A stretch of DNA of 62,083 bases from Rickettsiaceae bacterium (GTDB lineage: Bacteria > Pseudomonadota > Alphaproteobacteria > Rickettsiales > UBA6187), in NCBI GenBank assembly GCA_021323415.1, contig JAJONM010000001.1:1-62083 (forward strand), written 5' to 3'. Position 1 is the stretch's first letter; the number at the start of each line of letters is the position of its first letter. The notes under the pieces were generated by a model that was not told where the DNA came from, made no database searches, and saw only the letters and a list, made by a program, of their open reading frames with translations. Below are positions 9,276-19,204 of the stretch, piece after piece. The position numbers and the translations under genes are program-made.

Positions 9276-10376
9276 ATGGGATTTAATTGTGGAATTGTTG
9301 GGTTGCCGAATGTGGGGAAGTCTACTTTGTTTAATGCGCTGACACAAACAGCTGCGGCTGAAGCGGCTAATTATCCATTTTGTACGATAGAGCCAAATGT
9401 TGGCCGTGTTGGTGTGCCGGATAAAAGATTGAAGGTTCTAGCTGATATTGCCAGTTCAAAAGAAATAATCCCAACACAATTAGAATTTGTTGATATTGCT
9501 GGCCTTGTAAAAGGTGCAAGTAAAGGTGAGGGGCTTGGTAATAAGTTCTTATCACATATACGTGAAGTTGATGCGATTGTGCATGTGGTAAGATGTTTTG
9601 AAGATGGTGATATTACCCACGTAGAAGGTTCAGTTGACCCGCTTCGTGATGCAGAAATTATAGAAACTGAGTTAATCCTGGCTGACTTGGAAAGCGTGGA
9701 AAAGCGTATCCCAGCGCTAGAGAAACGTATCCGCGCGCAGGATAAAGAAGCTAAAGTGCAAATGGAATTGCTACATAAAGTGCAAGTTTTGCTAGCTGAA
9801 GGAAAACCAGCGAGGGAGCTTAAAGTATCTGAAGATGATGCAAAGCAATTCCGTATGTTGCAGTTAATCACTTCAAAGCCGCTGATGTATGTGTGCAATG
9901 TGGCCGAAGATGAAGCATCAGCTGGTAATGAATTTACTAAAAAAGTAATTGAGAAAGCCAAAGCTGAAGGCGCATCTTATGTAATAGTATCAGCTCGTAT
10001 TGAAGAAGAAATTGCAAGCTTAGGCAGTGAAGAAGAAAAGGCAGAGTTCTTAGGGACGCTAGGTTTAGAAGAAGCCGGCCTAAACCGTGTTATCCGTGCT
10101 GGTTATGATATGCTTAATCTTATTACATTCTTTACAATAGGGCCAAAAGAAGCGCATGCATGGACGGTGGCTAAAAACTCGGCTGCACCAAAAGCAGCTG
10201 GTGTAATCCATACTGATTTTGAAAAAGGTTTTATCCGTTCTGAGACGATTTCTTATAATGACTATGTTACCTATAAAGGTGAACAAGGTTCGAAAGAAGC
10301 TGGGAAAATGCGTTTGGAAGGTAAAGAGTATATAGTACAAGACGGCGATATACTTCATTTCCGTTTCAACGTTTAA
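9276..10376 (+). CDS. ychF: Ribosome-binding ATPase YchF
   Basis: [23 protein letters not shown] and a TGS-like C-terminus. 366 aa. Confidence 0.92.
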   Translation: MGFNCGIVGLPNVGKSTLFNALTQTAAAEAANYPFCTIEPNVGRVGVPDKRLKVLADIASSKEIIPTQLEFVDIAGLVKGASKGEGLGNKFLSHIREVDAIVHVVRCFEDGDITHVEGSVDPLRDAEIIETELILADLESVEKRIPALEKRIRAQDKEAKVQMELLHKVQVLLAEGKPARELKVSEDDAKQFRMLQLITSKPLMYVCNVAEDEASAGNEFTKKVIEKAKAEGASYVIVSARIEEEIASLGSEEEKAEFLGTLGLEEAGLNRVIRAGYDMLNLITFFTIGPKEAHAWTVAKNSAAPKAAGVIHTDFEKGFIRSETISYNDYVTYKGEQGSKEAGKMRLEGKEYIVQDGDILHFRFNV

Positions 10377-10377
10377 C

Positions 10378-10497
10378 TAATTTAATTATGGCTGGCTGCA
10401 AATGCAGGTTTTTCTGCGCTTCGTTGCTCACGTATTTTAATACGCTGCGCTACTATGCTCGAAAACTCAGCATTTTCGTCTAGCCATAATTAAATTA
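10378..10497. repeat. 120-bp palindromic element, family A copy 1
   Basis: Perfect 16-bp terminal inverted repeats: taatttaattatggct (10378-10393) and agccataattaaatta (10482-10497). The core gctcacgtattttaatacgctgcgct is shared with the elements at 61438 and 28220. It starts 2 nt after the ychF stop. Confidence 0.75.
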
Positions 10498-10579
10498 CTC
10501 TAGCTTATTATACTTGGCTCTGTTCTTGATTACTCGTCTTTTTTAGCATATTCTTGATTAGAAAGTTAACTTTAATCTA

Positions 10580-11527
10580 GTGGAAAAAGTGAAAATAATC
10601 CCAAGAAAACCTTTTACATGGTTGCTTATCGCATTTGCGGTGTATGCTTATTTCCAATATCCAAGTGGTAATGTAGAGCGTGAAAAACCAACGCCAATAA
10701 GTGAGACTACGGTTACGGTTGCGCCAGATAAAAAAGAGCCAGGTGTTACTGATAAACCAGTAAATGAGCTTGTCAAAAAATTTAGTGAGACTGAAACCGG
10801 GCAGGCTGTAATGCGTGTGCTGGCCGAGCAGTCATATAAAAAGCAATATGGTGATAAGGATTTATCTGTAGTTACAGCTCAAAATAGCGGCAAGATAATG
10901 ACACTTGATACATTAAAAGGCGAAGGTGAAGCTGCCATATGCGGTAGCACAGTAACGTTTAGCTATACATCATATACTGAAAATAAAATTAAACTAGATA
11001 GCACTGATAAACCTGTGACTGTTAAAATTGGTGGCGGCCAGGTAGTTAAAGGCCTTGAAAATGGTATAGTAGGCATGAGAAAGGGGGGAACGCGTAAAAT
11101 TGCCGTGCCATCGCGTTTAGCATATGACGACCCTGAATTTAAAAGCGATGTAGCAAAAGGTAGTCCAATTTTATTTGAAGTTGGGCTGGCTGATGTAAAA
11201 AATGGTTTTACAACAACTGATGTGATGGAAGTTGTAAATATTACTCCAGGTGAGGGAGTTAATGAAGTTCTTTGTGGTAACAAGGTTAATCTATCATACA
11301 AGCTGTTTGATCAGGAGAAGGAATCAAGCAGTGGGAAGCTAAGTTTTACTATGGGTGATGGTACTGTGCCAGTTGGCATTGAAAAAGGAATTATGGAGAT
11401 GAAAAAGGGTGAAGTGCGTAAATTATATATACCAAAAGAATTCCATAAATTTATGGGCGAAAGTGCATTGCCGCAAGATTTTAAAATACCAGAAGGTAAG
11501 TTAGTGATGGAAGTGGTGTTGGAGTAA
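10580..11527 (+). CDS. FKBP-type peptidyl-prolyl isomerase with two FKBP domains and an N-terminal membrane anchor
   Basis: Two FKBP-like blocks are present (GSTVTFSYTSY...GGGQVVKGLENGIVGMRKGGTRKIAVPSRLAY, and GNKVNLSYKLF...GIEKGIMEMKKGEVRKLYIP). GTG start. Confidence 0.75.
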   Translation: MEKVKIIPRKPFTWLLIAFAVYAYFQYPSGNVEREKPTPISETTVTVAPDKKEPGVTDKPVNELVKKFSETETGQAVMRVLAEQSYKKQYGDKDLSVVTAQNSGKIMTLDTLKGEGEAAICGSTVTFSYTSYTENKIKLDSTDKPVTVKIGGGQVVKGLENGIVGMRKGGTRKIAVPSRLAYDDPEFKSDVAKGSPILFEVGLADVKNGFTTTDVMEVVNITPGEGVNEVLCGNKVNLSYKLFDQEKESSSGKLSFTMGDGTVPVGIEKGIMEMKKGEVRKLYIPKEFHKFMGESALPQDFKIPEGKLVMEVVLE

Positions 11528-11529
11528 GA

Positions 11530-12288
11530 CTAATTATCTACTATTAATACCGCAGTGCCAAGGTCAGAGAAAACATTAGCTTTTATTGGCAGCATGTCAT
11601 CATCATCACTTAAATACATATTAAATGTTGGCTCTTCTGTTTTTATGCGCTTCAGCTCATTATTAGTAAATCCTTCCAGAGCCTGACGTTTAAATTTAAT
11701 AGCAATAACTTTTGTGTCCTTTCTGTTTATTTTTTGAACTTCGCGACCTTGTATCTCAAATTCCAGTTTGGCTAACCTTCTGCCATCGTAAATATTAAAG
11801 CTAAAGGACGTGGTATTATTTTGGAGTCCTTCGATAATCTTCTGCCGTGCAACTAAAAATGCGGTCAATGGGTCAACCGCTCCTTTTTTGTGTTCTTCTT
11901 TTACGGCAGGGCGTTTGTAGCGTTTATCTGGCGGGGTTACTTGTTCGTAAACTATTCTGCCATTATCACTGTATTTTATATCTACAGTTCTGCCACCCTG
12001 GCGCTGGTTGAATTTTGTGTAGTAACTTTGCGGTAAAAATGCATTACTAATGAAATTAAAATCTGTACGGTCAAGGCTTTCGTATTTGCTTATTTTTTTA
12101 GCCAGTCCATAAGATTGAATATTAGCCTCTATCTGGTTATCTTTTATTATCCCTTTTAAATCACCTACGTGAATGCCTTTTACGTATACTTTGTAAATCC
12201 TTGTGGCTGTAATATTGGGGGAGGGTTCAGCAAGTGCTAATTTGGCTGATAACAGGGTAATTAAAATTGTTAAAAGTAATTTTTTCAT
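11530..12288 (-). CDS. Secreted hypothetical protein (DUF3108-like?)
   Basis: The ATG at 12288 gives the signal peptide MKKLLLTILITLLSAKLALA. The DUF3108 assignment is from memory of the family pattern only. Confidence 0.5.
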   Translation of the reverse strand: MKKLLLTILITLLSAKLALAEPSPNITATRIYKVYVKGIHVGDLKGIIKDNQIEANIQSYGLAKKISKYESLDRTDFNFISNAFLPQSYYTKFNQRQGGRTVDIKYSDNGRIVYEQVTPPDKRYKRPAVKEEHKKGAVDPLTAFLVARQKIIEGLQNNTTSFSFNIYDGRRLAKLEFEIQGREVQKINRKDTKVIAIKFKRQALEGFTNNELKRIKTEEPTFNMYLSDDDDMLPIKANVFSDLGTAVLIVDN

Positions 12289-12359
12289 AATGCTAATTGA
12301 AGTTCGTAAATCTAATACCATATAATAATTATATTATAACAATTTGAGATGAATTTACT

Positions 12360-14933
12360 ATGAACTTTAATAAGTTTACTGAAAAATCACGCAATATTAT
12401 TCAAGAAGCCCAAGGGGCAGCTATAGCAGCTGGAAACCCTAAGTTTTCGCCTGAGCATTTGCTTAAAGCCCTGCTTGATGATGAAAGCGGTATGTGCGGC
12501 CAGTTAATAGTTTCATGTGATAGTGACCCACGCAATATTTATAGCCAAATCCAGTCTGAAATTGAGAAAATGCCTAAGGTTTCTGGTTCTGGCGCAGGGC
12601 AGATATTTATGGCGCCTGAACTGGCACGTATTTTTGAGGAAGCGCAAAAGCTGGCCACTAAAAACGGTGATAGTTTTGTGACTGTCGAGAGGCTTCTACA
12701 GGCAATAGCTAGCGTTCCTGGCACAGCTGCACAAAGGATACTGAAAGAAAATGATGTTACAGATAAAAAACTGCAATCGGTAATAGAGTTGCTGAGAAAA
12801 GGGCGTACGGCAGATTCTGAAACTGCAGAAGATAGTTTCGAGGCGCTTAAGAAATATGCAACTGATATGACAACCCTGGCAGAGGAAGGAAAAATAGATC
12901 CGGTAATTGGCCGTGACGAGGAAATTCGCCGTGCAATCCAGGTGCTATCGCGCCGTACTAAGAATAATCCTGTACTAATAGGCGAACCGGGTGTTGGTAA
13001 AACAGCTATTATTGAAGGTCTGGCACAAAGGATGGTGGCAGGTGATGTGCCGGAGAACCTCAAAAATGCCAGGTTAATGGCACTTGACCTTGGAGCGCTT
13101 ATAGCAGGTGCTAAATTCCGTGGGGAATTTGAAGAAAGGCTAAAATCAGTACTAAACGAGATAAAATCTTCTTCAGGGGATGTTATATTATTTATTGATG
13201 AGTTACATACTTTAGTTGGCGCTGGTGCCGCGGAAGGCTCAATGGACGCATCTAATTTGTTAAAGCCGGCTCTTGCACGTGGAGAGCTGCATTGTGTAGG
13301 TGCTACTACTTTAAATGAATATAGAAAATATATTGAGAAAGATGCGGCATTGGCAAGACGTTTCCAATCAGTTTATGTTGCAGAGCCAACTGAAGAAGAT
13401 ACAATTTCAATCTTGCGCGGTATCAAAGAAAAATACGAAATACACCATGGCGTCAGGATTTCGGATAATGCAATAGTTGCGGCGGCGACACTTTCTAACC
13501 GTTATATTACTGATAGATTCTTACCTGATAAAGCTATTGATTTGATTGATGAGGCTGCAAGTCGCCTGCGTATGGAAGTGGATAGCAAACCTGAGGAGAT
13601 TGATGAGATTGAGCGTAAAGTAATACAGCTCAAAATTGAGCAATCTGCACTTAAGAAAGAGAAGGATAAAGCTTCAATTGACCGTCTGGAAAAACTGGAA
13701 AAAGAGCTACAGGAACTTGAAGAAAAGCTGTCCGACTTGGCTAGTGTATGGCAGGCGGAAAAAATGAAGATGCAGACAGTAAATAAGCTGAAAGAAGATT
13801 TAGATACTGCAAAATCAGAACTGGAGCTTGCGCAGCGTGATGGTAATCTGGCGCGTGCGGGTGAGATTGCATACGGTATTATACCTGAATTAAAGCGAAA
13901 GCTTGAAGTAGCTGAGCAGGAGAATAATAAAACTGCTATTAAAGAGGCAGTAACTGAAGAAGACATTGCCGCTATTGTGTCGCGCTGGACTGGCATACCA
14001 GTTGATAAAATGCTGGAGGGTGAGCGCGATAAACTCTTAAAAATGGAACAAAGACTAGGAGAAACAGTAATTGGCCAGGGAGATGCAATAAAGGCTGTAA
14101 GTGAAGCAGTAAGGCGCGCTCGTGCAGGATTGCAGGATAAAAATAGACCACTTGGTTCATTCCTGTTCCTTGGGCCTACTGGTGTTGGTAAAACGGAGCT
14201 GGCAAAAACTTTAGCTCAGTTCCTGTTTGATGATAAAACAGCGCTCTTACGCGTCGATATGTCAGAGTATATGGAAAAGCATGCGGTCGCCCGGCTTATT
14301 GGTGCCCCTCCGGGATATGTTGGCTATGAAGAGGGTGGTGTCCTGACGGAAGCTGTAAGGCGCAGGCCATATCAGGTGATATTGTTTGATGAGGTGGAAA
14401 AGGCACATCCGGATGTATTTAATATACTGCTGCAAGTGCTGGATGACGGACGACTGACTGATGGACAGGGGCATATTGTTGATTTTAAGAATACTATTAT
14501 CATCCTGACATCAAATCTTGGTTCGCTAATACTCGCTGCGCAGAAAGAAGGTGAACTAACTGCGAAAGTTAAGGATAAGGTTATGGATGTGGTGCGCGGC
14601 GCTTTCCGCCCTGAGTTTTTGAACAGGCTTGATGAGATTGTGCTGTTCCATAGGCTGTCACGTAAAAATATGGATGCGATTGTTGATGTACAAATGCATA
14701 GTCTGGTAGAAATGCTAGCAGATAGAAATATTACCATTTCACTAGATGAGAAGGCAAAAACATGGCTGGCGGATAAAGGGTATGATCCTGAATATGGTGC
14801 AAGGCCACTTAAGCGTGTTATACAGCAGGAATTGCAAAATAAACTAGCCACTATGATATTGGAGGGTAGTGTTAAAGATGGTAGCAAATTATCAGTTACT
14901 GCAGAAGGTAATAAGTTAGTGGTACAAGTATAA
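12360..14933 (+). CDS. clpB: ATP-dependent chaperone ClpB
   Basis: 857 aa with two AAA+ modules ([22 protein letters not shown]) and a middle coiled-coil. Confidence 0.95.
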   Translation: MNFNKFTEKSRNIIQEAQGAAIAAGNPKFSPEHLLKALLDDESGMCGQLIVSCDSDPRNIYSQIQSEIEKMPKVSGSGAGQIFMAPELARIFEEAQKLATKNGDSFVTVERLLQAIASVPGTAAQRILKENDVTDKKLQSVIELLRKGRTADSETAEDSFEALKKYATDMTTLAEEGKIDPVIGRDEEIRRAIQVLSRRTKNNPVLIGEPGVGKTAIIEGLAQRMVAGDVPENLKNARLMALDLGALIAGAKFRGEFEERLKSVLNEIKSSSGDVILFIDELHTLVGAGAAEGSMDASNLLKPALARGELHCVGATTLNEYRKYIEKDAALARRFQSVYVAEPTEEDTISILRGIKEKYEIHHGVRISDNAIVAAATLSNRYITDRFLPDKAIDLIDEAASRLRMEVDSKPEEIDEIERKVIQLKIEQSALKKEKDKASIDRLEKLEKELQELEEKLSDLASVWQAEKMKMQTVNKLKEDLDTAKSELELAQRDGNLARAGEIAYGIIPELKRKLEVAEQENNKTAIKEAVTEEDIAAIVSRWTGIPVDKMLEGERDKLLKMEQRLGETVIGQGDAIKAVSEAVRRARAGLQDKNRPLGSFLFLGPTGVGKTELAKTLAQFLFDDKTALLRVDMSEYMEKHAVARLIGAPPGYVGYEEGGVLTEAVRRRPYQVILFDEVEKAHPDVFNILLQVLDDGRLTDGQGHIVDFKNTIIILTSNLGSLILAAQKEGELTAKVKDKVMDVVRGAFRPEFLNRLDEIVLFHRLSRKNMDAIVDVQMHSLVEMLADRNITISLDEKAKTWLADKGYDPEYGARPLKRVIQQELQNKLATMILEGSVKDGSKLSVTAEGNKLVVQV

Positions 14934-15024
14934 AGTTGCTTAAGGTAGTAAACGTTGTTATTGATAAAGTTTAATGTTTGCAAACCTTTAGTTTATAAAA
15001 ACTAATACTGAAATGGAGGATATC

Positions 15025-15264
15025 ATGGCTAATACAACAACTACGGCTCCGATAAGGACGGCTAGTTCGAGTTATTCTACAACTGTGAAAAGTGATAAGA
15101 GTGCATCCACTACTGAAACAGGGACTGTAGATCGTACTGCTGCTACGCAAAGGCTTGAAACACTTTCTAGTACTACTAATAATACTACAACAACATCTAC
15201 TTCTCTTGATAGTGGTGCTACTATGTTTACAACTCAAACTACAACTACTTCTGGCACTAAATAA
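15025..15264 (+). CDS. Small Thr/Ser-rich protein (79 aa)
   Basis: GGAGG lies 6 nt upstream of the ATG at 15025 and a strong hairpin terminator follows. More than half the residues are Thr or Ser (MANTTTTAPIRTASSSYSTT...TTQTTTTSGTK). Confidence 0.5.
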   Translation: MANTTTTAPIRTASSSYSTTVKSDKSASTTETGTVDRTAATQRLETLSSTTNNTTTTSTSLDSGATMFTTQTTTTSGTK

Positions 15265-15283
15265 TATTTAGCTAATAAAAAAA

Positions 15284-15310
15284 GGGAGTGCGTTTCGTAC
15301 TCCCTTTTTT
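15284..15310. terminator. Bidirectional rho-independent terminator
   Basis: gggagtgcg-ttt-cgtactccc is flanked by an A-run upstream and tttttt downstream. It lies between convergent genes. Confidence 0.75.
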
Positions 15311-15324
15311 ATAAATGAGAAGAT

Positions 15325-16530
15325 TTACTGAGAGGCCATTTTATCTTTAGCATCTATCCTGTTAGATAGTTCAAACATTTTTTGCTTATGTTTATTAAAC
15401 AAGGCCATTTGGGTTTCACCCAATTTGTAGCTGGCAAAGGTTTTTACCGATAGCGGATTGATTTGTTTGCCATCCGCAATTACTTCATAATGCAAATGTG
15501 GGCCGGTAGACCTGCCGGAAGTGCCGACATATCCGATAATTTGCCCTTGTGATACTTTGCTACCAGAACTTAAACCTTTAGCGAATTTACTAAGATGGGC
15601 GTAAGCTGTCGAATATTTCCCATCATGTTTTACGCGAACGTAATTGCCATAACTACCTTTCTTGCCTATTTCGGCAATAAAGCCGTTACCGGCTGAATAT
15701 ATAGGTGTGCCACTTGAAGCGCCAAAGTCTAGCCCTTTGTGCTCTTTTGTATAACCTAATATTGGATGTTTGCGTGCGCCGAATGATGAAGTTATTCTTG
15801 CGTTATAAATAGGAGTTTTAAGTAAAGATTTTTTTACTGTATAACCTCTTTCATCATAATAATCGCCTTGTCCATCTGGCATGATGTAATAAAATATTTC
15901 ATGCGTAACTCCGCTTAAGGTAAGGGAGGCGAAGATAATATCACCAGGCCCTGCTTTAGAACCATCCTGGTCGTATAATTGTTCGAATATCATGCTGAAG
16001 CTATCACCAGCCTGTATTTCGCGCTGTAAGTCTACGTTATAGCTAAAATTCTTAATGAAAGTTTGTTTAATCTCTTCTGGGATTTGATCATTAATATCAG
16101 CTGAGAAAAGCTCTTCACCAACTTCACCACTTGCTTTTACTAATTTTGTTTTGGTAGGTGGAGTTATTTCCTGTGCCACAAATTTATCGCCACTTAAGCG
16201 CAGTACTTCCATACGCCTGTTGTTTGATAATTTTATTTGTAAGGAATTAAGTGATAAATCCTGCCCTTTCTTTTTTGGTTCTTCAACTACTAACCTTATT
16301 TTCTGGCCCGGCTTTAGGTCTTTAGTGTTATATACGCTGGCTAATTCTTTTATTGCTTTTGAAGCGTGAGGACCAGATACATCTGCTGATGATAAAATGC
16401 TTTTTAATGTATCGCCTTTTTTGAAGTCAAATAACATAACGCGGGTATTATCTTGTGAGCGCGCATATACCTGACCAGATGTTAAGGTCATGAATATTAC
16501 TACTAATAGCGCTCCAAGTTTATGTGTCAT
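15325..16530 (-). CDS. M23-family metallopeptidase (murein DD-endopeptidase-like)
   Basis: HKGLDFGASSGTPIYSAGNG, AYAHLSKF and GTSGRSTGPHLHYEV. An N-terminal signal is present. Confidence 0.88.
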   Translation of the reverse strand: MTHKLGALLVVIFMTLTSGQVYARSQDNTRVMLFDFKKGDTLKSILSSADVSGPHASKAIKELASVYNTKDLKPGQKIRLVVEEPKKKGQDLSLNSLQIKLSNNRRMEVLRLSGDKFVAQEITPPTKTKLVKASGEVGEELFSADINDQIPEEIKQTFIKNFSYNVDLQREIQAGDSFSMIFEQLYDQDGSKAGPGDIIFASLTLSGVTHEIFYYIMPDGQGDYYDERGYTVKKSLLKTPIYNARITSSFGARKHPILGYTKEHKGLDFGASSGTPIYSAGNGFIAEIGKKGSYGNYVRVKHDGKYSTAYAHLSKFAKGLSSGSKVSQGQIIGYVGTSGRSTGPHLHYEVIADGKQINPLSVKTFASYKLGETQMALFNKHKQKMFELSNRIDAKDKMASQ

Positions 16531-17120
16531 TTTGTATCCGATTCTGTCATGTGTTTAATGCCTGCTTTAAAATAGGCGTATCCGGTTATAATGGTAAGAA
16601 CCGCAGAAATCCAGAGGAAAATCTGTCCTAGCAGCTCTGTTAGTGTTATTTTTGTTATAGTCTCTACTTGCTCGAAGCTTGGGCCTTCAATTCCGAGTAG
16701 TAAAAGAAATATGGCAGTCATTTGGAAGCCAGTTTTAATTTTTGCTAAGTTTGAGACTGGTACACTAACGCGCACTTCAGCTAAAAACTCGCGGAGGCCT
16801 GAAACTGCTATCTCCCGGCATAAAATTGCAATGGCTGGGATGATGCCAAATTTGCCAACATACTGGAAATGCACCAGCATTAATATTGCTGCGGCAACTA
16901 AGAGTTTATCGGCGATTGGATCAAGAAATCGGCCAAGATTTGATTGAACTTTCCATAGTCTGGCAAAATATCCATCAAAAAAATCTGTAATGCTGGCAAG
17001 CATAAATAGGCTGGCGGCAACAAAGTGATACATTTTTCCTTCAATGTAGAAGGATGCTATTAGTATTGGTATTATAACAATACGTGAAACAGTAAGTATA
17101 TTAGGTAAGTGCTTATTCAT
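16527..17120 (-). CDS. pgsA: CDP-diacylglycerol--glycerol-3-phosphate 3-phosphatidyltransferase
   Basis: CDP-alcohol phosphatidyltransferase motif DFFDGYFARLWKVQSNLGRFLDPIADK. The ATG at 17120 is preferred over the longer ORF. There is a 4-nt overlap with the downstream M23 gene. Confidence 0.85.
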   Translation of the reverse strand: MNKHLPNILTVSRIVIIPILIASFYIEGKMYHFVAASLFMLASITDFFDGYFARLWKVQSNLGRFLDPIADKLLVAAAILMLVHFQYVGKFGIIPAIAILCREIAVSGLREFLAEVRVSVPVSNLAKIKTGFQMTAIFLLLLGIEGPSFEQVETITKITLTELLGQIFLWISAVLTIITGYAYFKAGIKHMTESDTK

Positions 17121-17240
17121 TAAAAAGTCCATAATATGAAGTAAATCCTTACTTTTACTATAATAGTTAAAAACTATAAGCAACAATAAAGCAACATATT
17201 TTTTCTATTTTGATTGAAATAGCAAGGTAATTTTCTACTA

Positions 17241-19088
17241 TTAATGGAAAAAATTGTAAATTTGCTCGGCAATCACTTTATCGATGCCTTCAACATTGGC
17301 TAATTGGGCGAGGGTTGCATTCTTTACATCGTCGGCAGAACCGAAATGGTTTAATAAAATTTTCTTACGTTTTGCGCCAATGCCGGGGATTTCATCCAAC
17401 GCAGATTTGCTAATAGATTTTGAGCGTTTGTTACGATGTGAGCCAATGGCGAAGCGATGAGCTTCATCACGCAATGTTTGCAGGTAATACATTGCAGGGT
17501 CGTTATAAGGTAAGGTAAAAATTTCGCGGCCAGGAATATGGAATTGTTCGCGCCCGGCATTTCTATCTGGTCCTTTGGAAATACCAGCAAAAATTATATC
17601 TGCTGTAAGCCCAAGTTCGTTAAAAACCTGGGTGGCAATTGATAACTGCCCTTGTCCGCCATCTATCAAAACCAAATCAGGCCAGAGGCCCGGCATTTTT
17701 TCTGGCGAATCTTGTTTAAGCCGTTTAAAACGGCGGGTTAAAACTTCGCGCATCATAGCATAGTCATCGCCCTTGGTGAAATCCTGCTTAATATTAAAAC
17801 GCCTATATGCTTTTTTAATAAAGCCTTCTTCACCTGCGACTATCATTGCTCCAACCTGGTCAGTTCCTGAAATGTGACTATTATCGTATACTTCAATACG
17901 TTTTGGTGGTGATTTTAATCCAAAAATTTCAGCTACTTTATCCAGCAACTGTTTTTGTTTTAATGTTCCAAGTAATTTTTGTTCCAAAGCATTTTTAGCA
18001 TTTTTTATGGCATTATCGACTAGCTGCTTTTTGTCGCCTAATTTTGGGACGATTATCTTTACCTTATAGCCGTAAAGTTCTGAAAGCGACTCCTCAAGCA
18101 TGATTTTTTCTTCTAGCTCGTCACAGATAAATATCTCTTTGGGCGGGATGTTTGCCTCACTATAAAACTGGCTTATAAAAGCTTCGAGAATAGTGTTATT
18201 GGATTGGTCTTTTGTATGTTTAGGAAAGAATGGCCGATTGCCTAAATTCTGCCCGCCACGGTACAAGAAAACCTGGATGCAACATTCACCACCGTTACTG
18301 AATAAGCCGATTATATCTGCGTCATTAATAGAAGAAACGTGGATAGTTTGCTTAGCCTGGATTTGGTTTAGGGCTTTTATGCGGTCACGATAAACTGCCG
18401 CTTTTTCATAATTGTGGTTTAGGCTTTCCTTTTCCATAAGCCCGACCAACTGTTCTTGTATCTCACGGCTTTTTCCTGAGAGAAAATCATTGGCCTGCCT
18501 TACTAACTCTTTGTATTCTATCTCTGATATTTTACTTACACATGGTGCAGAACAGCGTTTTATCTGGTATTCCATGCATGGGCGCTGCCTGTTGTTGAAC
18601 GTGGTATCAGGGCAGGGACGAACCAGAAATGCTTTTTGTATGTCTGTGATTGATTTGTTTACTGCGCTGGCTGAAGCAAATGGTCCGTAATATTTACCAC
18701 CCACGCGCTTACCACGATGTTTTACGATACGGGGAAATTCCCCCTCAGTAATTAAGATATAGGGGTATGATTTGTCGTCTTTTAGTAGTATGTTGTATTT
18801 TGGTTCAAACTTCTTAATCAGGTTTGATTCAAGTAATAATGCTTCTGCTTCTGTATTGGTTGTTATTATTTCAAGACTTGCAGCACTCGCGACCATACTC
18901 TGAATACGGTATTCCAACCGCTCTGGGTGCGTGTAGTTTATCACTCGTTTAGCCAGGTTTTTAGCCTTTCCAACATAAATTACTACTCCTTCGGAATTGC
19001 TAATTTTGTAAACACCAGCTGCAGAAGTCATGCCCTCAAGGGCCTGTCTTATTACTGCAATTCCATTTGTTAGTTTATTATCGGTCAT
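17241..19088 (-). CDS. uvrC: Excinuclease ABC subunit C
   Basis: GIY-YIG N-terminus (GVYKISNSEGVVIYVGKAKNLAKRV), a UvrBC domain and C-terminal HhH. 615 aa. Confidence 0.93.
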   Translation of the reverse strand: MTDNKLTNGIAVIRQALEGMTSAAGVYKISNSEGVVIYVGKAKNLAKRVINYTHPERLEYRIQSMVASAASLEIITTNTEAEALLLESNLIKKFEPKYNILLKDDKSYPYILITEGEFPRIVKHRGKRVGGKYYGPFASASAVNKSITDIQKAFLVRPCPDTTFNNRQRPCMEYQIKRCSAPCVSKISEIEYKELVRQANDFLSGKSREIQEQLVGLMEKESLNHNYEKAAVYRDRIKALNQIQAKQTIHVSSINDADIIGLFSNGGECCIQVFLYRGGQNLGNRPFFPKHTKDQSNNTILEAFISQFYSEANIPPKEIFICDELEEKIMLEESLSELYGYKVKIIVPKLGDKKQLVDNAIKNAKNALEQKLLGTLKQKQLLDKVAEIFGLKSPPKRIEVYDNSHISGTDQVGAMIVAGEEGFIKKAYRRFNIKQDFTKGDDYAMMREVLTRRFKRLKQDSPEKMPGLWPDLVLIDGGQGQLSIATQVFNELGLTADIIFAGISKGPDRNAGREQFHIPGREIFTLPYNDPAMYYLQTLRDEAHRFAIGSHRNKRSKSISKSALDEIPGIGAKRKKILLNHFGSADDVKNATLAQLANVEGIDKVIAEQIYNFFH

Positions 19089-19100
19089 GGCTATGTTATA

Positions 19101-19184
19101 TAAGAACTAGGAATTTAAGAATTAAGAATTAAGGAATTTTATTTACAATTTCTTAAGCTCTTTATTCTAAAATTCCTAATTCTA
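19101..19184. repeat. Inverted array of AAGAAYT/AGGAATT words in the divergent uvrC/nadK spacer
   Basis: taagaactaggaatttaagaattaagaattaaggaatt ... aatttcttaagctctttattctaaaattcctaattcta. The two halves are roughly complementary. Confidence 0.6.
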
Positions 19185-19204
19185 ACAATAATACAGTAAA
19201 AACC

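Noticed and set aside
9371-9961. 196-aa minus-strand ORF inside ychF. Similar antisense ORFs occur in ubiB (223-615), prs (5643-6011), uvrC, murB, murC, ftsQ (35132-35788), fabG (23971-24402), acpP (24955-25191), purD and xseA.
   Set aside because: Each one overlaps a confidently identified conserved gene on the other strand, and none has a motif or ribosome-binding site of its own.
12539-14983. Long minus-strand ORFs 12539-13063, 13502-13996, 13972-14160, 14262-14474 and 14372-14983 inside clpB
   Set aside because: They lie antisense to an unambiguous ClpB reading frame. Their translations are Ser/Ile/Ala-rich low-complexity sequence typical of shadow ORFs.
14971-15237. Minus-strand 88-aa ORF opposite the Thr-rich small ORF
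   Set aside because: It has no SD. The plus-strand ORF has GGAGG at the correct spacing and a terminator in its orientation, while the minus translation is Cys/Ser/Arg-rich.
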